This document shows positions 1 through 8,994 of a DNA stretch of 64,000 nucleotides, piece by piece. Position 1 is the first letter of the stretch, and the number at the start of each line of letters is the position of its first letter. A model generated the notes under the pieces. The model was not told the origin of the DNA and did not search any database. It saw only the letters and a program-made list of their open reading frames with translations. This DNA is from an uncultured Treponema sp. (GTDB taxonomy: Bacteria; Spirochaetota; Spirochaetia; Treponematales; Treponemataceae). A program made the translations under genes and the position numbers. The stretch spans positions 13,035 through 77,034 of the forward strand of contig NZ_CAKVAM010000007.1 of the NCBI RefSeq assembly GCF_934725225.1, given 5' to 3'.

Positions 1-609
1 GATTATTATGCAGATTATCGCGATGAAAACCGGAGTCGGAACAGGAATTCCCGGAATAAAGTTTCCGAAGTAGCCGAAAACCGGATCCACAACAATCGGA
101 AGCGCGTTGTCGTTAATCCAGGCGGCGATTGAACGTCCGGCTGTAAAAAGAATCAGAGTTGCGACCATCGGCTGAATCTTGAAATATGAAACAAGAACGC
201 CGTTGAATCCGCCGAACGCCATGCTCACAATGCAGCCGACAAGAAACGCCACAAAAATCGGAGCCTGAAGAGTTTCAGGGCGCGCATCCGTTCCGCACAG
301 AACACGCAGAATCACCGAGCCTGCAATCGCAATTCCAGCTCCCACGGAAATATCCTGTCCGCCGGAAGCAGCCGTTACAAGCGTCATTCCAATCGCAAGA
401 ATCACAAGCTCTGAAGCGTTGTCCAAAATCGTAATCAGATAGCCTGAAAGAACAGGGAAGCCTTCGCTGTTCTGACCGAGCGTAATCTTGAAGAATGAAG
501 GATCTGCGGCAAGGTTGAATATTACAAGAATCAGCAGCGCCGCAATCGGAATGAAAATCTGCTTTTTTACAAGTCCAAGAAGGAAGTCCGTGATTTTTTT
601 AGAAGTCAT
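1..609 (-). CDS. Sugar ABC transporter permease (YtfT/RbsC-like), partial, runs off window start
   Basis: Minus-strand ATG at 609 overlaps the ATPase stop (ATGA). Translation is hydrophobic and includes GMTLVTAASGGQDISVGA and NGVLVSYFKIQPMVATL, typical of BPD_transp_2. Confidence 0.85.
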   Translation of the reverse strand, partial: MTSKKITDFLLGLVKKQIFIPIAALLILVIFNLAADPSFFKITLGQNSEGFPVLSGYLITILDNASELVILAIGMTLVTAASGGQDISVGAGIAIAGSVILRVLCGTDARPETLQAPIFVAFLVGCIVSMAFGGFNGVLVSYFKIQPMVATLILFTAGRSIAAWINDNALPIVVDPVFGYFGNFIPGIPVPTPVFIAIICIII

Positions 610-2120
610 TGTTTTTCTCCTCCTGCGATAGTTTCCATGATTTTTGTTTGGTTCAGGTCATCGCCGGAAAGCTCTCCGACCTGCTTGAGATCCCGCATGA
701 CGATAAGACGCGAGCAGGTTCTAATCATCTCGTCAATTTCTGATGAGATGAACGTAACGCTCTTGCCTTCCTTCGCAAGCTTCAGAACAAGCTCCTGAAT
801 TTCCGTTTTTGTTCCGATGTCGATTCCGCGTGTAGGCTCGTCAAGAATCAGATACTGCGGATTTGAGAGCAAGGCGCGCGCAAGAAGAACTTTCTGCTGG
901 TTTCCGCCCGAAAGGGATTTTATCGGAGTTTCCGCGGAAGCTGTCTTTATCTCAAGAAGCTTGATGTATTCGTCCGCAAGTTTTTCCTGTTCCGCCCGGC
1001 TGAACGGTTTGAAGAAGCCTCTCATCACCTGAAGCGCAAGAATCAGGTTTTCTCTCACGGAAAGGTCGCCGATTATGCCGTCGCGTTTTCTGTCTTCAGG
1101 CAGATAGCTGATTCCGTTTTTCATCGCATGAATCGGTTTTGTGATGTTCACGCTTTTTCCGTTTACTTTTATTTTTCCGCCGAGAACTTTGTCCGCACCG
1201 AATATCGCGCGCACGCTCTCGCTTCTTCCCGATCCGAGAAGTCCTGTGAATCCGTTTACCTCGCCCTTGTAAATCCTGAAGTTGAACGGTTTTACGCCGC
1301 CCGTGCTTGAAAGATTTTCCGCCTCGTAGACCGGAACTTCATCCGCGGAGAATACCGGAGCTTCTGCAGATTTGGACGACTTGTCAAGATTCTCGACTGA
1401 TTTTCCGAGCATTTTTGATACAAGCTCAAGGCGCGGAAGGTCGCGGATTTCGTATTCGCCCACAAGCTGTCCGTCGCGCAGAACGGTGATTCTGTCGCAG
1501 ATTTCGTAAACCTGCTCAAGAAAGTGGGTAACGAAAATTATTCCGACTCCCTTTGCGCGCAGATTCCTCATAAGGCGGAAAAGCTTCTGGACTTCCTGAT
1601 CGTCAAGGGAAGAAGTCGGCTCGTCAAGAATGAGAATTTTGCAATCCATGTCAACGGCTCGCGCGATTGCGACCATCTGCTGCACGGCGATTGAACAGCT
1701 AGAAAGCTGCTGCTCGGCCTCGCACGGAATGTCAAGATCCTTTAGAATTTTTTCGGCTCCCTCATTCATCTTTTTCCAGCTTGTGAACGGGCCTTTTGTT
1801 CTTCCTATATACATATTCTCCGCTACGGTGAGATTGTGGCAGAGAGTTATTTCCTGATAAACAGTTGAGATGCCTGCGTTCTGGGCATCCTGAGGGGAAC
1901 GGATGTTGACCGCTCCGATTCCTTTTACAAAAACATGGCCTTCATCCTTGTGATGTACGCCTGTCAGAACCTTAATCAATGTTGATTTTCCGGCTCCGTT
2001 TTCTCCCATAAGAGCGTGAATTTCGCCTTCACGCAAAGTAAAATCAATATTCTGCAATGCGTATACACCGGGAAATTTTTTGTGTATTCCGCGCATTTCA
2101 AGAACTGATTTTTCTTCCAT
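606..2120 (-). CDS. Sugar ABC transporter ATP-binding protein (YtfR/RbsA-like, two ABC domains)
   Basis: Walker [18 protein letters not shown] and LDEPTRGID motifs; 504 aa. Confidence 0.95.
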   Translation of the reverse strand: MEEKSVLEMRGIHKKFPGVYALQNIDFTLREGEIHALMGENGAGKSTLIKVLTGVHHKDEGHVFVKGIGAVNIRSPQDAQNAGISTVYQEITLCHNLTVAENMYIGRTKGPFTSWKKMNEGAEKILKDLDIPCEAEQQLSSCSIAVQQMVAIARAVDMDCKILILDEPTSSLDDQEVQKLFRLMRNLRAKGVGIIFVTHFLEQVYEICDRITVLRDGQLVGEYEIRDLPRLELVSKMLGKSVENLDKSSKSAEAPVFSADEVPVYEAENLSSTGGVKPFNFRIYKGEVNGFTGLLGSGRSESVRAIFGADKVLGGKIKVNGKSVNITKPIHAMKNGISYLPEDRKRDGIIGDLSVRENLILALQVMRGFFKPFSRAEQEKLADEYIKLLEIKTASAETPIKSLSGGNQQKVLLARALLSNPQYLILDEPTRGIDIGTKTEIQELVLKLAKEGKSVTFISSEIDEMIRTCSRLIVMRDLKQVGELSGDDLNQTKIMETIAGGEKQ

Positions 2121-2242
2121 GCTATGCCTCCAAAAAAAACACGGGATTCAGATTTCAAGGTAATCCGAACCCCGTGTCCAAGGTATTGGATTCTCCAGCA
2201 AATTTTTCTGTTGTTTATCGAAGAATCCGGTAATAACTTCGC

Positions 2243-3172
2243 TTAGATACCGTATTTTGCGACATCAGCCTTTGTGATTGTTGCGGCGTCAAATCCTTTC
2301 TCGTCCATGATGACTGTCTTTTCCTTTGCGCCGTTCTTGATGATGTCGTCGATGTAAGCTGCCTGGAACGGATTGCACTGGCCGTCGTAGTTCCATCTTT
2401 TTGCAAGAAGCTCTTCAAGCGCCCACTTGTTGCAGTCGAATCCCATTACGATTACATCTTTGCCCACTCCGTGAGAGATTCCCGCCTTGTCAAGAGCAGC
2501 AACCGCGCCTTTTGCCATGTCGTCGTTTTCAGCGTAGATTACGTTGAATTTTTTGCCTGAATCGATTACAGCCTGAACAATCTGCTGTGCGTTTTCGGCG
2601 TTCCATTCAGCTGTCTGCTGGGCAACGATGTTCCAGTTGCTTTCTGCCTTTGCCTTCTCGTCAAGCGCGCCTGAGCGTCCGATCTGTGCCGCTGAACCCA
2701 TGACACCCTGAATGTGGATGATGTTGTATTCCTTGAGATTCTGTCCTGCGAGCCAGTTTACGGCTGTCTTTCCTTCCTGAGCCATGTCTGAAACGATTGA
2801 AGCTTCGTAAAGGCTTTCGTCAGCGTCGATTGTGCGGTCAAAGAGAATTACTTTGATTCCAGCATCCTGCGCGTCCTTAAGAACTGATGTCCATCCTGAA
2901 GTTCCTGCTGCGGAAATCAGAAGGTAGTCAACTTCGTCCTGAACCATCTTGCGTGCGGCGGCAATCTGCTCGTCGTTTTTAAGGCTGTAGAAGAAAGTCG
3001 GTTTGTAGCCGTTCTTCTTTGTGAATGTCTTTTTCATGTCGTTGACGTTCGCAGTGCGGTAGCCTGATTCGTTCGGGTCATTGTTGATAATTCCGACTTT
3101 TACCAATTTTGCCGCGAATGTAGGAAGAACCATCATTGCCATTACAGCAGCCAAAACTAAATTCTTTTTCAT
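2243..3172 (-). CDS. Sugar ABC transporter substrate-binding protein (YtfQ-like)
   Basis: Signal peptide; NESGYRTAN, AENDDMA and GFD motifs of periplasmic sugar-binding proteins; operon context. Confidence 0.9.
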   Translation of the reverse strand: MKKNLVLAAVMAMMVLPTFAAKLVKVGIINNDPNESGYRTANVNDMKKTFTKKNGYKPTFFYSLKNDEQIAAARKMVQDEVDYLLISAAGTSGWTSVLKDAQDAGIKVILFDRTIDADESLYEASIVSDMAQEGKTAVNWLAGQNLKEYNIIHIQGVMGSAAQIGRSGALDEKAKAESNWNIVAQQTAEWNAENAQQIVQAVIDSGKKFNVIYAENDDMAKGAVAALDKAGISHGVGKDVIVMGFDCNKWALEELLAKRWNYDGQCNPFQAAYIDDIIKNGAKEKTVIMDEKGFDAATITKADVAKYGI

Positions 3173-3400
3173 TTCTGCACCTCTGTGTGTTTGGATTTAA
3201 GGATGTCCTCTGCACCCCTTGTGATTATGATTATCAACCCGAATCCAAAAGAAAGGAATAGTTTTTTTGTTCCCGATTTCTGGACTTTCCTATCATTTTG
3301 TTCGGAAATTCGTATTTGGTGATAGTTTTGGGCATTTTTTAGGGGAAACCGCCACTTGTTTTTTTCGCAATGTCAGTTACTATAAAATCAGAGGTAAAAC

Positions 3401-4999
3401 ATGACGAAAGAAAATATTGCCAGAGAAATTGAAGACGGTCAGGCTGTCCTTGGAATCGAATTCGGTTCGACGCGCATAAAGGCAGTTCTTATTGACTCTG
3501 AAAAAAATCCGGTCGCTCAGGGCGGCTTTACTTGGGAAAATTCACTTGTGGACGGAATCTGGACGTACAGTCTGGAAGAAATTCATGGCGGAATCGTTGC
3601 CGCATATTCGGAGCTAAAAAAAGATGTTCTTGAAAAATACGGCGTCAGGCTTTCAAATCTTAAGGCCCTCGGAATCAGCGCGATGATGCACGGCTATCTT
3701 GCGTTCGACAAGGAAAACAATCTTCTTGTTCCGTTCAGAACCTGGAGGAACACGATTACAGGCGAGGCTTCAAAAAAACTTACGGAGCTTTTCAATTATC
3801 CGTGCCCTGAGCGATGGAGCATTTCGCATTATTATCAGGCGATTCTGAACAACGAAGCTCATGTTCCGCAGGTGGATTTTTTTACGACGCTTGCAGGATA
3901 CGCGCATTTCATGCTGACAGGAAAAAAAGTTCTGGGAGTTGGAGACGCTAGCGGAATGTTCCCGATTGATCCGCAGACCGGAAGCTACGACAAGTCCATG
4001 GCCGGAAAATTCGATTCTCTTGTTGAAGGAAAGGGAAGTGCGAAAAAACTTCTGGAACTTCTGCCGAAGACGCTTCCTGCCGGGGCTGATGCCGGAAAGC
4101 TTACAAAGGAAGGCGCATTGTGGCTTGACCCTACAGGTGAGCTTTGCGACGGAATTTTGTGCGCTCCTCCTGAAGGAGACGCCGGAACCGGAATGGTGGC
4201 GACAAACGCGGTTGCTCCCAGGACAGGAAACGTTTCCGCGGGAACTTCCGTATTCGCGATGGTCGTTCTTGAGAAGGCTCTTTCAAAAGCATATCCTGGA
4301 ATAATAGACATTGTTACAACTCCGGACGGAAAGCCGACTGCGATGGTTCACGTGAACACCTGCACCGCCGAATACAACAAGTGGGTCGAGCTGATTGGCG
4401 AGGCTGCAAAACTTCTTGGCGCACAATTCAATGCCGGAAAACTTTACGACACGATTCTAGGCTGCGCAAAGGACGGAGAAAAGGACGCGGGCGGAATTTA
4501 TACGGTCAACTACATTTCGGGAGAAAGCGTTACGGATTTTAGCGAGGGACGGCCGATGGTTGTGCGCTCCCAGGATTCAAAGCTGAACCTTGCGAATTTC
4601 ATGCGGAGCCAGCTTTATTCGGCGGTCGCAACGCTTAGGCTCGGAATGGACGTTCTTTTTGCCGAGAACGTTAAGATCGACTCGATGACTGGCCACGGCG
4701 GATACTTCAAGACGGAAGGTGTGGGACTTGAGACGATGGCGGCGGCAATGCACACTCCGATCAGCGCGATGGAAACAGCAGGCGAGGGCGGTCCCTGGGG
4801 AATGGCGCTTCTTGCATCATACACCGCGGACTCAAAGGGAAAAAATCTGGGCGACTGGCTTGAAACCGAAGTTTTTGCGAACGCGCAGAAGAAAACCGTA
4901 AAACCGGACGCAGCGGATGCCGCAGGATTTGACAAATGGCTTGAAGGCTACAAGTCTGCGCTCAAAGCAGAACGCACCGCATTCGAAAACGTGAAATAA
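3401..4999 (+). CDS. araB: FGGY-family sugar kinase (probable L-ribulokinase)
   Basis: GIEFGSTRIK, GISAMMHGY and EGDAGTGM motifs; directly upstream of araD. Confidence 0.75.
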   Translation: MTKENIAREIEDGQAVLGIEFGSTRIKAVLIDSEKNPVAQGGFTWENSLVDGIWTYSLEEIHGGIVAAYSELKKDVLEKYGVRLSNLKALGISAMMHGYLAFDKENNLLVPFRTWRNTITGEASKKLTELFNYPCPERWSISHYYQAILNNEAHVPQVDFFTTLAGYAHFMLTGKKVLGVGDASGMFPIDPQTGSYDKSMAGKFDSLVEGKGSAKKLLELLPKTLPAGADAGKLTKEGALWLDPTGELCDGILCAPPEGDAGTGMVATNAVAPRTGNVSAGTSVFAMVVLEKALSKAYPGIIDIVTTPDGKPTAMVHVNTCTAEYNKWVELIGEAAKLLGAQFNAGKLYDTILGCAKDGEKDAGGIYTVNYISGESVTDFSEGRPMVVRSQDSKLNLANFMRSQLYSAVATLRLGMDVLFAENVKIDSMTGHGGYFKTEGVGLETMAAAMHTPISAMETAGEGGPWGMALLASYTADSKGKNLGDWLETEVFANAQKKTVKPDAADAAGFDKWLEGYKSALKAERTAFENVK

Positions 5000-5135
5000 T
5001 CAGTATCGGGGCAATAAGTGTCTTTTCTGCCATTTTCGGGCTTGATTCGAAAATCTAAATGCATATATTGCAATTATTTAGAGATTACCGGGTCTATGCC
5101 TGGCAATGACACAAAAACAAATGGAGGAAAAATTC

Positions 5136-5852
5136 ATGGGAAAATACACGGAATTACAGAGAGAAGCTTACGAGGCGAATATGCAGATACCGGCGCAGCA
5201 CCTTGCGCTCTACACTTGGGGAAACGTCAGCGCGTTCGACAAGGCGGCCGGCGTGTTTGCAATCAAGCCTTCGGGAGTTCCTTACCCGGAACTTACGCCC
5301 GAAAGCATGGTGATTGTTGACCTTGACGGAAATGTCGTTGAAGGAAAACTTAGGCCTTCAAGCGATACTCCGACACACGCCGTTATCTACAAGGAATTTG
5401 CTGTTTCGGACGGAACAAAAATCGGCGGAATAATCCACACGCATTCAACTTACGCAGTGAGCTGGGCGCAGGCGGTAAAGCCGGTTCCTCTGTTCGGAAC
5501 AACTCACGCCGACCACATCCAGACGGAAGTTCCCTGCACACCGTATCTTAGCCGCGAGGCAGTCCAGAATGACTACGAAAAGGAAACCGGAAATCTCATC
5601 GTAAGCCACTTCCGCTCTCTCAAGCTGAATCCGAATGAAGTGAACATGGTTCTTGTGGGCGGACACGGACCTTTCGCTTGGGGAGCCACCGCGGACAAAG
5701 CCGTCTACAACGCCGCAGTTCTTGAGGAAGTGAGCCACATGGCGATGAATACGCTTCAGATTAATCCATCGCAGCAGCCGCTTCCGGACTACATCATTGA
5801 AAAGCACTACATGAGAAAACATGGCCCGAACGCCTACTACGGTCAGAAATAG
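5136..5852 (+). CDS. araD: L-ribulose-5-phosphate 4-epimerase
   Basis: TWGNVS, KPSGV, PSSDTPTH, HTHS motifs and RKHGPNAYYGQK C-terminus. GGAGG SD precedes ATG 5136. Confidence 0.95.
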   Translation: MGKYTELQREAYEANMQIPAQHLALYTWGNVSAFDKAAGVFAIKPSGVPYPELTPESMVIVDLDGNVVEGKLRPSSDTPTHAVIYKEFAVSDGTKIGGIIHTHSTYAVSWAQAVKPVPLFGTTHADHIQTEVPCTPYLSREAVQNDYEKETGNLIVSHFRSLKLNPNEVNMVLVGGHGPFAWGATADKAVYNAAVLEEVSHMAMNTLQINPSQQPLPDYIIEKHYMRKHGPNAYYGQK

Positions 5853-5893
5853 AAACAGCCGAACGCATAATCAGCAGTTCAGCCGTAAAACAG

Positions 5894-5929
5894 AAAATCC
5901 GCCTGCACGAATACAGACGGATTTTTTTT
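5894..5929. terminator. Bidirectional intrinsic terminator between convergent araD and isomerase
   Basis: AAAATCCG..CTG / CAG..CGGATTTT hairpin with a T tract. Confidence 0.7.
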
Positions 5930-5957
5930 GTTCCCAAACTAAATGCTAAATTGCAAA

Positions 5958-7466
5958 TCAGTTAAACGGATTTTCCGATGGATACAAAGTTCCCTTTGGC
6001 TGATTGTACGCAACATCAGCGATTCCAAGATACTTGAAAAGTGTGAACAACGCCTTTCCGTAGTGGCCAAAAGCAACTGCGCCGTGGTGCGGATAATTTT
6101 TCTGGATAAGAACGTGGCGGTAGAATCTTCCCATTTCAGGAATTGCAAATACACCGATTCCGCCGAATGAGCGAGTTGCAACCGGAAGAATTTCACCATG
6201 CGCAATGTAAGCCTGAAGCTTTGTATCTGGAGTTGACTGCAATCTGAAGAATGTGATTGGACCTGGCATTATGTCGCCTTCCAAAGTTCCGCGTGTAAAG
6301 TCCGGCGTGGAATCTTTTGGCTCAAGAAGTCTGTGCTGAATCAGCTGGTACTTGACTCCAGGATTGCAAGCCTTGTTCATGCAGCAGAACGGAGTGTTTC
6401 CGCAGTGGAACGCCATGAACGTATCGTTAAGAACATAAGGATAAGAGAATTTTCCCTTGATGCTTTCATCGTACATATCTTGCGGAACAGAATTGTTGAT
6501 GTCAAGAAGAGTAACGGGAGCGCCTGAAATGCAAGTTCCGATATATTCAGAAAGCGCGCCATAAATATCAACTTCGCAGGCAACTGGAATTCCGCGGGAA
6601 GCAAGGCGGCTGTTTACATAGCAAGGCTCAAATCCGAATTCCTTAGGAAATGCCGGCCAGCATTTGTCCGCAAGAACCGCATATTTTTTGCAGCCCTTGT
6701 TTGCTTCAATCCAGTCAAGAAGTGTAAGCTCAAACTGCGCCATGCGTGGAAGAAGATCCGGGAAGTTGTTTCCGCCTGAACCAAGTTCTTTTTCCATGTC
6801 GGCGACAACTTCTGGAATTCTTTTGTCGTCTTTGTGGGCGCGGTATGCAACAAGAAGGTCAAGTTCCGAATTTTCCTGAATTTCAACTCCGATGTCGTAA
6901 AGTCCTTTGATTGGCGCATTGCAAGCAAAAAAGTCCTGAGGGCGCGGTCCGAATGTGATAAGCTTAAGATTTTTAAGACCGATTATTGCGCGTGCGACAG
7001 GAATAAATTCTTCAATCATTTTTACGATGTCGTCTGCTGTTCCAACTGGATATTCTGGAATTACGGCAGGAATTTTACGCAAGTTCAAATTGTATGAGCA
7101 GTTCAGCATTCCGCAGTAAGCGTCTCCGCGTCCGTTTATAAGATCGTTCTGAGTTTCTTCAGCGGCGGCAACAAACATGCAAGGTCCGTCAAATTTCTGC
7201 GCGATTTGAGTTTCTGGAGTTTCCGGTCCGAAGTTTCCGAGGAAAACAACAAGAGCATTGCAGCCAGCCTGTTTTACTTCTTCAACCGCCTTCAGCATGT
7301 CGCATTCGTTTTCTACAGTTGTCTTTGCTTCATAAAGGCTTCCTTTTGAGCCGAATGCCTTTACGATTGCCGCTCTTCTTTTTTCAGAAAGTGAAATTAC
7401 AAAGCAGTCCCGGCTTACTGCGATTATTCCGAGCTTGACTTCCGGTATGTTTGAAAACTTTTCCAT
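5958..7466 (-). CDS. L-fucose/L-arabinose isomerase-family protein
   Basis: LGNFGPE, RGDAYCG, CEVDIYG, FHCGN and YPHHGA motifs; next to araB/araD. Confidence 0.85.
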   Translation of the reverse strand: MEKFSNIPEVKLGIIAVSRDCFVISLSEKRRAAIVKAFGSKGSLYEAKTTVENECDMLKAVEEVKQAGCNALVVFLGNFGPETPETQIAQKFDGPCMFVAAAEETQNDLINGRGDAYCGMLNCSYNLNLRKIPAVIPEYPVGTADDIVKMIEEFIPVARAIIGLKNLKLITFGPRPQDFFACNAPIKGLYDIGVEIQENSELDLLVAYRAHKDDKRIPEVVADMEKELGSGGNNFPDLLPRMAQFELTLLDWIEANKGCKKYAVLADKCWPAFPKEFGFEPCYVNSRLASRGIPVACEVDIYGALSEYIGTCISGAPVTLLDINNSVPQDMYDESIKGKFSYPYVLNDTFMAFHCGNTPFCCMNKACNPGVKYQLIQHRLLEPKDSTPDFTRGTLEGDIMPGPITFFRLQSTPDTKLQAYIAHGEILPVATRSFGGIGVFAIPEMGRFYRHVLIQKNYPHHGAVAFGHYGKALFTLFKYLGIADVAYNQPKGTLYPSENPFN

Positions 7467-7725
7467 TAAAAAGCCTCCTTGAGTTGGTTTGTGTGTTTTA
7501 AAAGATTTGCATTTTCTGCGGAATCTTAAAAATCAGTTTAAGTTCACAAATGGCAGATGTCAAGTTTTTTTCTTGCAAGGGAAAGTCTGTGCATTAGGAA
7601 AAATGAAAAATTGAGCAACAGTTGCGCAGAAAAAGTGTAATCTTAGGACTTAATGGTTTTGTTATTATCCGGCTTGACCGTAAAATTTCATCTGCAAAAA
7701 AAATCATAAAAATTCCTCAAAGTAC

Positions 7726-7751
7726 TTGACAAATCCCGGGGGGGGTAAAAT
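7726..7751 (+). promoter_or_regulatory. sigma70 promoter with G8 tract in a 14-bp spacer
   Basis: TTGACA (7726-7731), aatcccGGGGGGGG, TAAAAT (7746-7751). Confidence 0.7.
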
Positions 7752-7803
7752 AGGCGTTGCTGAATTTTTTCAGCGGAATCTATTTATTTTAAGGAGTGAA
7801 CTT

Positions 7804-8817
7804 ATGAGAAAGTTTGCTAAAATTTCAGCTGTATTGGCAGCTATGGTCTTTGCGCTTGCATTTGCAAGTTGCAATTCTAGCAGTGATGACGATGATGACG
7901 CTAAGGCGGCTATTCAGGCAATTGTAATCAACGGAGATGTTGTTACATTGTATGACGATGGCACTGTTATAATAAAAGCATCGGATGGAACGACTTCTAA
8001 CGGAACGTATACAAAGGCAGATGGAAAAATTGTTATTAAAGACAGCAAAGGAAATACAACAGAAGCAAAGTCAACCTCAGATGGAAAAGTTGATACTTCC
8101 GAGTCTGTAACAATAAAAGACAAAGACGGAAATGAAACTAAAACTGAAGTAAAGGAAACAGTTATAGAAACTAATGAAGGCAATGGAACTTCTTCTACAA
8201 AAAATATCCTTGCAGGAAAAACTTATTATTCAATTGAATTTGAAAAAAAGGAATATACCTCAGAGTTAACTAACAAGGTGAAAATCCGGGTTAGTATGCT
8301 TGCTTTTGATTCTAATGGACAAAAAGTAAAATTCACTGGACTTAAGTATGACTTTAAAAATGGAGCTGTTGACGAAAAAAAGAACAATATTATCGAGTCT
8401 GGCGAATATGATTATTCAGTTTCTGGTTCAACTTTGACAGTAAAAGCTGACGGCGATGACGAAGATTTAATTTGTACAATTAATTCTGACGGAAGCATAA
8501 AAGATGAAAAAGGTTCTGCAATGAAAGAATTCAAAGGAAATCTTTATGCCCTTGCAGAAGCTGAATCAAATGAAAAAAGAATATTAGCAAAAGCTCATAT
8601 AGTAATTGTTAACGGCGCGTCTTGCACTTTTGAATCTCATATATTCAAAAGCAATGCTTCTCCTCAAGAATCAACTGAGGCTGGAAATGGCACTGTTTCA
8701 GGAAGCATTTTGACACTAGGTGAAGGTAATGAAACGATGACTGGTTCGTTGTCTGACGAAAAGATTGTTTTTGTTGGTGACGATTCAGGCGATACTTTTA
8801 CTTTAAAAAGAATGTAG
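7804..8817 (+). CDS. Lipoprotein of unknown function
   Basis: AAGGAG SD before ATG 7804; lipobox LAFASC followed by an S/D-rich tether. Confidence 0.8.
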   Translation: MRKFAKISAVLAAMVFALAFASCNSSSDDDDDAKAAIQAIVINGDVVTLYDDGTVIIKASDGTTSNGTYTKADGKIVIKDSKGNTTEAKSTSDGKVDTSESVTIKDKDGNETKTEVKETVIETNEGNGTSSTKNILAGKTYYSIEFEKKEYTSELTNKVKIRVSMLAFDSNGQKVKFTGLKYDFKNGAVDEKKNNIIESGEYDYSVSGSTLTVKADGDDEDLICTINSDGSIKDEKGSAMKEFKGNLYALAEAESNEKRILAKAHIVIVNGASCTFESHIFKSNASPQESTEAGNGTVSGSILTLGEGNETMTGSLSDEKIVFVGDDSGDTFTLKRM

Positions 8818-8835
8818 TTCTAATTAAATAGCTTG

Positions 8836-8873
8836 AAAAAACTCCGTGCCAATTTCACTGGCACGGAGTTTTT
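8836..8873 (+). terminator. Intrinsic terminator
   Basis: AAAAACTCCGTGCCA / TGGCACGGAGTTTTT hairpin. Confidence 0.85.
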
Positions 8874-8994
8874 GTTTTTTACAGTTTTTCTGTCATTCTT
8901 GCACTTGATGCGAGAATCAATATTTAGGGTTTATCAAAACCCTAAAAACGGCTGAGTCAAGGTCTTGAGCGTAAGCGTACCTTGACCAGACGTA

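Noticed and set aside
5106..5135. Longer araD start
   Set aside because: The ATG lies inside a TGTCATT-family repeat; the SD supports 5136.
7726..7803. TTG start with poly-G inside the coding sequence
   Set aside because: The TTG is the -35 box; SD and signal peptide indicate ATG 7804.
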